A stretch of DNA of 64,000 bases from contig JANNXA010000016.1 of NCBI GenBank assembly GCA_031409275.1, positions 1 through 64,000 on the forward strand. Direction: 5' to 3'. The first letter of the stretch is position 1; each line of letters begins with the position of its first letter. The notes under the pieces were generated by a model. That model saw nothing but the letters and a program-made list of their open reading frames with translations, was not told the DNA's origin and searched no databases. Positions 56,770-64,000 of this stretch are shown here, in pieces. This DNA is from Planctomycetota bacterium. Its GTDB lineage: Bacteria > Planctomycetota > B15-G4 > SIAN01. The translations under genes were made by a program, and so were the position numbers.

Positions 56770-58499
56770 CGCTTCGCCACCTCTTCGAGCGTGCCGCCCT
56801 TCTCGAGCCGCAGTGTCCGCGCGCCCGCGACGTCGACGAACTCCTGCTGCGTGCCGTCGGGCCACGTCACGGTCAGCTTCTCGAGCACGGCGGCGCCGCC
56901 CAGACCGAAGTGCATGCGCAGGTCGCTGCTGCTGGCGAACGAGCCGCCAGCGCGAACCTGACGCGCGAGCTTGCGCCCGCCGACCTGCGCGACCGCGCGC
57001 GCGCCGATCGCGAAGCGGTTCATGCCGGTTGGTTGGCGCAGCTCGAGCAGCAGCGCGTCCTTGCCGCTGCCCTGGTTGATCAGCACGCTCGGGACTTCAT
57101 CCATCGCCATGACGACGACGTCGACATCGCGGTCGCCGTCGAGGTCGCCGAACGCGGCGCCGCGAAACGAGGCGCGCCGCGCGAAGCCCGACCCTGCCGC
57201 ATCCGTGACATCGAGCAGCGTCTTCTTCGCCTGCTGGTAGATGCGGTTCTGCTGGCGATAGGTCAGCTCGGGCGCGCGCACGTCCGCCTGCGGATAGACG
57301 TGGCCGTTGGCGACGAAGAAGTCGAGGTCGCCATCGTCGTCGAAATCGACGAACTCGGTGGCCCAACCCAGCGACAGGTAGGCCTTCGGTCCGAACGGGA
57401 AGCGGGCGGTCACGTCGACGAAGCTGCCACCGCCTTCGTTGCGATAGATCGTGTTGTCGTCGTGCGAGAAGTTGGTGACCGCGAGGTCGAAGAGGCCGTC
57501 GCTGTCGAGATCGCCGCACGCCACCCCCATGCTCGCCTGCGCCACGCCGTCGCGGCTGACGGCAACGCCCGCGAGGTCGGCAAGGTCACTGAAACGGCCG
57601 CGGCCGTCGTTGTCCCACAGCGAGTTGGCACGCGAGTCGTTGCCGACGTAGACGTCGATGTCGCCATCCTGGTCGTGATCGAACGCCGTGACGCCCAGTG
57701 CGTAGCGCGGGTCGTGGTCGCGGATGCCGGCCTTGTCGCTCATGTCGCGGAAGGTGCCATCGCCCTTGTTGCGGAAGAAGCTGTCGGGCTCAGGCACCAT
57801 CCCCTTCGGACCGCACGCGGCCGGCACGTCGAGGAACGGGCAATCGACCTTGCGCCAGCACTTCGGATCGCGCGCGATCGCCATCGCGAGGTAGTTGCCG
57901 ACGTAGAGATCGAGGTCGTCGTCACCGTCCGCATCGAAGAAGGCGGCGCCGACCGACCAGTGCGGGTCGCCGATCGCGACGTCGCGCGTCGCATCGACGA
58001 ACTTGCCGCTGCCGTCGTTGCGCAGGAAGCGGTTGGGCCCCCAGCAGGTGACGTAGAGGTCGAGGTCGCCGTCGCCATCGGGATCAGCGGCCGTCACGCC
58101 CTGGCCGAAGACATGGATCCCGGCGCCGGAGCTTTCAGTGACATCGGTGAAGCGGCCGCTGCCGTCGTTCTCGTAGAGGCGGCAGGTGCCGTCCTTCTTC
58201 GGCTTCCAGTCGACATCGAGCGGATCGACGCCGGGCGGCAGATCGGTCGGCGGCGCGAGCGTCCCCGCGTCGACGAGGAAGAGATCGAGATCGCCGTCCC
58301 CCTCCTTGTCGAAGAGGGCGCAACCGCAACCGATGCATTCGAGCAGGTAGCGCTTGTTCTGCGGATCGCCGCAGTGGTTGACCCACGTCACGCCGCGCGC
58401 GGCCGCTTCATCGACGAAGGTGAACGGCGGCGGCGAGGCCGCGGCGACCGGTGGTGTCGTCTCCTGCAGCAGCGCCAGGGCAAAGCAGAGTGCGTTCAT
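56766..58499 (-). CDS. CRTAC1-like FG-GAP repeat protein with ASPIC/UnbV domain
   Basis: FDxDGDGDLDL repeats, ASMGVACGD, RGAAFGDLDGD, AIGAR...HFGLG...V.WPDG. Confidence 0.92.
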   Translation of the reverse strand: MNALCFALALLQETTPPVAAASPPPFTFVDEAAARGVTWVNHCGDPQNKRYLLECIGCGCALFDKEGDGDLDLFLVDAGTLAPPTDLPPGVDPLDVDWKPKKDGTCRLYENDGSGRFTDVTESSGAGIHVFGQGVTAADPDGDGDLDLYVTCWGPNRFLRNDGSGKFVDATRDVAIGDPHWSVGAAFFDADGDDDLDLYVGNYLAMAIARDPKCWRKVDCPFLDVPAACGPKGMVPEPDSFFRNKGDGTFRDMSDKAGIRDHDPRYALGVTAFDHDQDGDIDVYVGNDSRANSLWDNDGRGRFSDLADLAGVAVSRDGVAQASMGVACGDLDSDGLFDLAVTNFSHDDNTIYRNEGGGSFVDVTARFPFGPKAYLSLGWATEFVDFDDDGDLDFFVANGHVYPQADVRAPELTYRQQNRIYQQAKKTLLDVTDAAGSGFARRASFRGAAFGDLDGDRDVDVVVMAMDEVPSVLINQGSGKDALLLELRQPTGMNRFAIGARAVAQVGGRKLARQVRAGGSFASSSDLRMHFGLGGAAVLEKLTVTWPDGTQQEFVDVAGARTLRLEKGGTLEEVAKR

Positions 58500-58514
58500 G
58501 GCGTGCGCCCGCGG

Positions 58515-59939
58515 CTACGCATGGATGGCGCGGCGATCGACGGCCATCGCCGCCTCCTTGATCGCTTCGGAGAGGGTCGGGTGGGCGTGGCAGCAGCGGG
58601 CGAGATCCTCGGCGCTGGCGTGGAAGTTCATCGCGACCGCTGCCTCGGCGATCAGCTCGCTCGCGTGGGAGCCGAAGATGTGGATGCCAAGCAACCGATC
58701 GGTCTCCGCGTGGGCCAGCACCTTCACGCGCCCCTCGATGGTGTTGGCAGCGCGCGCGCGACCGTTGCCGCGGAACTGGAAGAGCCCCTTCTTGAACGGC
58801 ACGTTCGCCGCGACGAGCTCCTCCTCGGTCTTGCCGACACCGGCGACCTCGGGGTCGGTGTAGACGACCGCAGGGATCGTGTCGTAGTCGACGTGGCCGT
58901 GGCCGCCGGCCATGAACTCGGCGCAGGCGACCCCTTCTTCCTCGGCCTTGTGGGCGAGCATCGGCCCGCGCACGACGTCACCGATCGCGTAGATGCCCGC
59001 CACGTTGGTGGCGAAGCGCTCGTCGATCACCACCCGCCCGCGCGGATCCTGCTTCACCCCCACCACGTCGAGCCCGAGCCCATCGGTGCAGGGCGCGCGG
59101 CCGATCGCCACCAGGACGCGCTCGGCGTGCAACTGCTCGCCCGCGGCGCCGTCCGCACCCACCAACTCGACGATCGCCTCGTCGCCGTTCTTCGGATCGC
59201 GCACGGCGCGCTTGACCTTCACGCCCAGCCGGAAGGCGAGCCCCTGCCGCTCGAGGATCTTCTTGGCGTCGGCGGCGATCTCGCCGTCCATGCCCGGCAG
59301 GATCCGCTCCATCAGTTCGAGCACGGTCACCTGGCTGCCAAGGCGCGCCCACACCGAGCCCATCTCGAGGCCGATCGCGCCCGCGCCGATGACGATCAAG
59401 TGCTTCGGCACGCTGGCGAAGGAGAGCGCCTCGGTGCTGGTGACGACGCGCGAACCGTCGACGTCGAGGCCCGGGATCTTTGCGACCTTGCTGCCCGTCG
59501 CGATCAGCGCGCGCTTCGCGACGACTTCGCCGGTGGCGCCCGCCGCGTTGGTCACCGCGACGCGCACGCCGTCCTGCCCCGCCGCGACGAAGCGCCCGGT
59601 GCCATGGTGGCGCGCGATCTTGCCCTTCTTCAGCAGCGCGTCGATGCCACTGGTGAGCCCCTTCACCACCGAGTCCTTGCGCGCCAGCATCGCCGCGAGG
59701 TCGAGCTCGACGCCGGCGACCTTCACGCCGTGCGCGGCGAGCGCGTGCTTCGCCTCGGCGTACTTCTCGCTCGATTCGAGCAGCGCCTTGCTGGGGATGC
59801 AGCCGACGCGCAGGCAGGTGCCGCCGAGCGCCGCCTCCTTCTCCACCACGGCCACCTTGAGGCCGAGCTGCGCGGCGCGGATCGCGGCGACGTAGCCGCC
59901 GGGGCCGGCACCGATGACGACGAGGTCGAGGGGGTCCAT
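58515..59939 (-). CDS. lpdA: Dihydrolipoyl dehydrogenase (E3)
   Basis: GAGPGGY, GGTCLRVGCIPSK, MLAHKAEEEG, HAHPTLSE. Confidence 0.97.
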   Translation of the reverse strand: MDPLDLVVIGAGPGGYVAAIRAAQLGLKVAVVEKEAALGGTCLRVGCIPSKALLESSEKYAEAKHALAAHGVKVAGVELDLAAMLARKDSVVKGLTSGIDALLKKGKIARHHGTGRFVAAGQDGVRVAVTNAAGATGEVVAKRALIATGSKVAKIPGLDVDGSRVVTSTEALSFASVPKHLIVIGAGAIGLEMGSVWARLGSQVTVLELMERILPGMDGEIAADAKKILERQGLAFRLGVKVKRAVRDPKNGDEAIVELVGADGAAGEQLHAERVLVAIGRAPCTDGLGLDVVGVKQDPRGRVVIDERFATNVAGIYAIGDVVRGPMLAHKAEEEGVACAEFMAGGHGHVDYDTIPAVVYTDPEVAGVGKTEEELVAANVPFKKGLFQFRGNGRARAANTIEGRVKVLAHAETDRLLGIHIFGSHASELIAEAAVAMNFHASAEDLARCCHAHPTLSEAIKEAAMAVDRRAIHA

Positions 59940-59963
59940 GGCGCGATCAGGCTCCGGTGGCGT

Positions 59964-61169
59964 TCAGGCGTCCAACATGATGCGCGCGGGCGACTCGATG
60001 CACTCCTTCACCCGCTTCAAGAACATCACCGCTTCGCGGCCGTCGACGATGCGATGGTCGTAGGTCAGCGCGACGTACATCATCGGACGGATCACCACCT
60101 GCCCCTCGCGCGCCACCGGCCGCTCCTGGATCGCGTGCAGGCCGAGCACGCCCGACTGCGGTGGATTGACGATTGGCGTGGAAAGAAGCGATCCGTAGAC
60201 GCCGCCGTTGCTGATGGTGAAGGTGCCGCCCGAGAGCTCCTCGAGCGAAAGCTGGTTGCTCTGCGCGCGTTTGCCGAAGTCGGCGATCGCCCGCTCGACG
60301 TCGGCGAACGAGAGCCGCTCCGCATCGCGGATGACCGGCACGACCAGCCCCTTGCCGCCACCGACCGCGACTCCGAGGTCGCAGTAGTGGTGGTAGAGGA
60401 TCTCGTCACCATTGGCGCCCGCGCGGATCTGCGCGTTCAACGCCGGCACCGCCGCGAGCGCCTCGACCACGGCCTTGACGAAGAAGGACATCAGCCCGAG
60501 CTTCAATCCGTGTTTGTTCAGGAACGACTCGCCGTGGAGCTGGCGCAGCCGCTGCACTTCGCCCATGTCGATCTCGTTGAAGGTCGTGAGCAGCGCGGCC
60601 GTCGCCTGCGCCTCGACGAGGCGGCGCGCGATCGTGCGACGCAGCGGCGACATCGCGACCGCTTCAGTGGCGCGCGCCCCGGGCGTCGCGGCGGCGGGCG
60701 CGGCGCTCTTCGCGGCGACCGCTCGCAGCGCGTCCTCCTTCAGCAGGCGGCCGCCAGGACCGGTGGGTGTCGCCGCGCTGGCCGCGACGCCCGCGTCGGC
60801 GAGCACGCGCGCCGCAGCCGGCATCACCTTGCCGCTCGCGGCGGAGGAAACGGGCACGGCGGAAGGCGCCGGCGAACTGGCAGCAGCAGCAACGCTGGCG
60901 CTGGCGCTGGCGCTGGCCGCGCCGCTCGTGCCGCTCTCCTCCATCACGCCAAGGACCTCGCCGACGCGCACCTTCATGCCCGAGGTCTTGGCGATCTGCG
61001 TGATGACGCCGGCGACAGGTGCCGGGATCTCGACGGTCGCCTTGTCGGTCTCGATGACCACCACGACCTGGTCGCGCTCGACGCGCTGGCCCGGTTGCAC
61101 GAGCCAACCGCCGACCTGCACCTCGGTCACCGACTCGCCGACGCTCGGCACCTTGAGTTCAACGCTCAT
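59964..61169 (-). CDS. sucB: Dihydrolipoyllysine succinyltransferase (2-oxoglutarate dehydrogenase E2)
   Basis: VPSVGESVTE, ETDKAT lipoyl site, TTFNE, GGVYGSLLSTPIVNPPQSG, YDHRIVDG. Confidence 0.93.
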   Translation of the reverse strand: MSVELKVPSVGESVTEVQVGGWLVQPGQRVERDQVVVVIETDKATVEIPAPVAGVITQIAKTSGMKVRVGEVLGVMEESGTSGAASASASASVAAAASSPAPSAVPVSSAASGKVMPAAARVLADAGVAASAATPTGPGGRLLKEDALRAVAAKSAAPAAATPGARATEAVAMSPLRRTIARRLVEAQATAALLTTFNEIDMGEVQRLRQLHGESFLNKHGLKLGLMSFFVKAVVEALAAVPALNAQIRAGANGDEILYHHYCDLGVAVGGGKGLVVPVIRDAERLSFADVERAIADFGKRAQSNQLSLEELSGGTFTISNGGVYGSLLSTPIVNPPQSGVLGLHAIQERPVAREGQVVIRPMMYVALTYDHRIVDGREAVMFLKRVKECIESPARIMLDA

Positions 61170-61272
61170 CCGCTCGATCCCCGCAGGCTGCCGGCGGCGC
61201 CGCGAACGGGCGCTCCGAAGAGCCGGGCGCGAGAGTAGCGAGCGGCGGCGCGCCGCGGCGGCGCGCAACGCC

Positions 61273-63531
61273 TCATGCCGACTCTTGCGGGACCTCGGCA
61301 GTCACGCGGCGTTCCAGGTAGACGGTCAGCACCCGCTCGAGCGTGGCGAGGTCGATCGGCTTGGTGACGAAGTCGTTCATGCCGGCGGCGAGGCAGCGAT
61401 CGTGATCGCCTTGCGTCGCATTGGCGGTCAACGCCACGATCGGCACGCGCGCCGCCGATTCCGGAAGCTGACGGATCGCGCGGGTCGCGTCGAAGCCGTC
61501 CATCACCGGCATCTGGCAGTCCATCAGCACGAGGTCGAAGCGACCGGCGCGAACCGCCTCGAGTCCAAGACGGCCATTCGCCGCCACGGTCGGCGTGATG
61601 CCGAGCCGCGCGAGCATCTTCTTGGCAACCAGCTGGTTCAGCGGCTGATCCTCGACCAGCAGGACCTTGGTCGTCGCTGGAAAGCGTGGCGCGACGGTGT
61701 CCGCCGGGTTCACGGTCGATAGCGCGGTCGATAGCGCGGTCGAGGGCGCTGCCGGCGGCGGCACGGACGGCGAAACGACCGGCGCGGCGACGCGGGGCGC
61801 GATCGCGGGAGCGGCGACCGCCGGCGCGTGGCCGAGGCGGCTCAGTTGCTCGCTGCGCGCAGGCGCCATCAACGTGGTGGAGACGCTCGCGGCAGCCAGC
61901 ATCGCCGCATTCGGCGGCTCACGCCGCGGCACCAGCAGATGCAGCGGCGGCAACTTCTCGCCGCACTCAGCGGCGAAGCGGCGGCAGCTCGCCAACGCGC
62001 GCGCCGGATCGAGCGTGCCGTCGACCAGGACGAAAGCGGGCGCCGGCACGTTGCTCAGTGCGAGCAACGCCGTCGCGTCATCGGCAGCGCTCAAGACTCG
62101 CCACCCCTGCAGGGCGAGTCGCACCGAGAGGCTCGAGCGCGTCGCGCCGCGGCTCGCGACGACCAGCGCCGTCTCGTCGCGCTGCGGCACCACCGGCGCC
62201 GCCACGGCGCCGCGCAGCGGCAACTGCAGCCAGAAGGTGCTGCCGATCCCGATCTCGCTCTTGAGGCCGATCGTGCCACCCATCGCCTCGATCAGGCGCC
62301 GCGAAAGCGCCAGCCCGAGCCCGGTGCCGCCGAAGCGGCGCGTCATCGACGAGTCGGCCTGCGTGAACGCGCCGAAGAGCCTCGTCTGCGCCTCCGCGTC
62401 GATCCCGATGCCGGTGTCGACGACCGCGTAGCGCAGGCACGCGCCGCCCTCCGCATCGGTTCGGCACCCCAGCTGCAGGCGAACCTCGCCGAGCATCGTG
62501 AACTTCACGGCGTTCGAAAGCAGGTTGAGGAGAGCCTGGCGCAGACGCCGCGGATCGCCGGTCAAACGCGCCGGCACGTCGCGCCCGATCTCGAGGACGA
62601 GCTCGAGCCCCTTCTTCTGCGCCGTCTCGGCCACGAGCTCGATCGTCTCCTCGGCATTCGCCCGCGGATCGAACTCGATCTCATCGATCTTCAACCTGCC
62701 GGCATCGACCGCTGAGAAGTCGAGGATGTCGTTCAGGATGTCGAGCAGGGCATGGCTCGATCGCAGGACGGTGTCGACGCACTCCCGCTGCTCCTCGGTG
62801 AGAGGCGTGGCCGACATCAGCTCGGCCATGCCGATCACGCCATTCAACGGCGTGCGAATCTCGTGGCTGATGACGGCGAGGAAGTCGCTCTTCGCACGGT
62901 TGGCGACCTCGGAGTGGAGCTTCGCCGTCGTCAGTTCCGCGACCATCGCCTGGCTCGCGGTGACGTCGCGAAACACGAGGACCGCGCCACGCGGCTCACC
63001 CTGGAAGACGACCGGCGCCAGGACGCATGCGGCGGGAAACTCGGCGCCACCGCGCCGCATGAAGCGTTTGTCGTCGCTGCGCACGCCGCGGGCCGCGCGC
63101 GCCGCGAACGCCAACGGCTCGCCGCCGCTGCCCGCGGCCTCGAGGCGATCGAGCAGCGTCTCGCGACCGAGTTCCTGCGCCGTTCCGCCGAGGAGCTGCT
63201 CGGCCGCCGGGTTCATGAACTGCACGACGCCCTCGACGTCGAGCACGATCAGGCCATCGCCGATGGCGGCGATCACCGCCTGCAACCGGCTCTTCTCCTC
63301 GGCGAGCGACGACTCGGAGGTCGCGCGCAGCTGCTCGTAGAGACCGGCCATCTCGCGCGACGAGATGTCGAGCGACCGCTCCATCGTGTAGCGCTCGCTG
63401 TCCCCGTCGACGTAGACGCGCGAGATCCGTTCGAGCAGCTGCGCCCAAGTGGCGGCATCGGGCGGCTGCGACGGATCGGCGAGGCCGATGCGCTTCAGCT
63501 GACGCAGCAGGAGTGGGTGGAGCTCGCTCAC
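61273..63531 (-). CDS. Cytoplasmic hybrid sensor histidine kinase (PAS, HisKA, HATPase, degenerate REC, REC)
   Basis: LLLRQLKR N-terminus, [33 protein letters not shown]...MDCQMP...K. Confidence 0.95.
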   Translation of the reverse strand: MSELHPLLLRQLKRIGLADPSQPPDAATWAQLLERISRVYVDGDSERYTMERSLDISSREMAGLYEQLRATSESSLAEEKSRLQAVIAAIGDGLIVLDVEGVVQFMNPAAEQLLGGTAQELGRETLLDRLEAAGSGGEPLAFAARAARGVRSDDKRFMRRGGAEFPAACVLAPVVFQGEPRGAVLVFRDVTASQAMVAELTTAKLHSEVANRAKSDFLAVISHEIRTPLNGVIGMAELMSATPLTEEQRECVDTVLRSSHALLDILNDILDFSAVDAGRLKIDEIEFDPRANAEETIELVAETAQKKGLELVLEIGRDVPARLTGDPRRLRQALLNLLSNAVKFTMLGEVRLQLGCRTDAEGGACLRYAVVDTGIGIDAEAQTRLFGAFTQADSSMTRRFGGTGLGLALSRRLIEAMGGTIGLKSEIGIGSTFWLQLPLRGAVAAPVVPQRDETALVVASRGATRSSLSVRLALQGWRVLSAADDATALLALSNVPAPAFVLVDGTLDPARALASCRRFAAECGEKLPPLHLLVPRREPPNAAMLAAASVSTTLMAPARSEQLSRLGHAPAVAAPAIAPRVAAPVVSPSVPPPAAPSTALSTALSTVNPADTVAPRFPATTKVLLVEDQPLNQLVAKKMLARLGITPTVAANGRLGLEAVRAGRFDLVLMDCQMPVMDGFDATRAIRQLPESAARVPIVALTANATQGDHDRCLAAGMNDFVTKPIDLATLERVLTVYLERRVTAEVPQESA

Positions 63532-63541
63532 GCGCCCGGCA

Positions 63542-64000
63542 TCAATCTTCAGAGAGCGTGGTGACGGTCATGGTCTGGTTGTGCAGGTCGCACGAGCCGC
63601 TCGTGTAGGGCGAGATCTCGCCGTACGAGTAGAAACCGACCTGGCGCGTGCCCGGACGGAGCGCGTGCAGCGTTCCTTCGACCTCTTCTTCGGCGCGCTC
63701 GCCCAGCACCAGGCGACGGCCGACGCAGCTGATGGCGATCGACAGCGAATCGCCATGCGCTTCCATCGGCAGGACCACTTGCTCGGCAGCCTCGATGGCC
63801 CCGCCGACCAGTCGATCGAAGTTGGCGCGCATGAGCTGCATCGTCGAGCCGGTCGGCACGTCGCCGGCGAAGGTCATCGATTGATCGCGCTCGTTCACCG
63901 CGAGGATCGTGCGCACGAGCGACTTCTCGGCACCGCTGTCCTGGCGCAGCGCGATCGGGAAGAGCAGCCCCGTCGCCGGCAACCCTGCAGCCCGTTCGCC
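63542..64000 (-). CDS. FIST domain protein (C-terminal part; 5' end beyond the window)
   Basis: ISCVGRRLVLG, GFYSYGEISP, LHNQTMT; frame open to the window edge. Confidence 0.9.
   Translation of the reverse strand, partial: GERAAGLPATGLLFPIALRQDSGAEKSLVRTILAVNERDQSMTFAGDVPTGSTMQLMRANFDRLVGGAIEAAEQVVLPMEAHGDSLSIAISCVGRRLVLGERAEEEVEGTLHALRPGTRQVGFYSYGEISPYTSGSCDLHNQTMTVTTLSED

Noticed and set aside
61713..61743. 12-bp tandem repeat GGTCGATAGCGC (STAL-STAL), and the GCTGGC repeats in sucB (~60894-60916)
   Set aside because: In-frame low-complexity linker expansions with no effect on frame.

Overview
High-GC, gene-dense bacterial chromosomal segment, probably from a Planctomycetota member (inferred from two ECF sigma factor/Ser-Thr kinase pairs, sulfatase-like and ASPIC/UnbV FG-GAP proteins, and many secreted proteins). 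About 44 CDS are supported. Housekeeping genes: tmk, sucB, lpdA and ETF-QO. Other genes: a GT4 glycosyltransferase with a flippase; a metal (probably Zn) uptake operon (His/Cys-rich DUF2946-like leader, OM porin, ZnuA/C/B-like ABC); an M1 aminopeptidase; a TolC/MFP/MacB-type exporter; an RND pump whose adaptor gene carries an in-frame TAA; a di-haem cytochrome c peroxidase; two FIST proteins; a hybrid kinase; and two tandem paralogous beta-propeller lipoproteins. I saw no rRNA, tRNA, CRISPR array, transposase or integrase. The strongest leads are: (1) one ~125-aa C-terminal domain on two unrelated secreted proteins, a candidate lineage-specific secretion or surface-sorting tag; (2) a CxxC...RGPP arrest-type leader ORF heading the metal-uptake operon; (3) a coupled three-gene operon (LysM protein with C-terminal anchor, His-motif membrane protein, small THP/EE membrane protein); (4) two vestigial attC-like hairpins; (5) a GTGG-type REP cluster; (6) a G10 tract at the start of a large secreted protein. 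All family calls come from motif recognition by eye; no searches were run.
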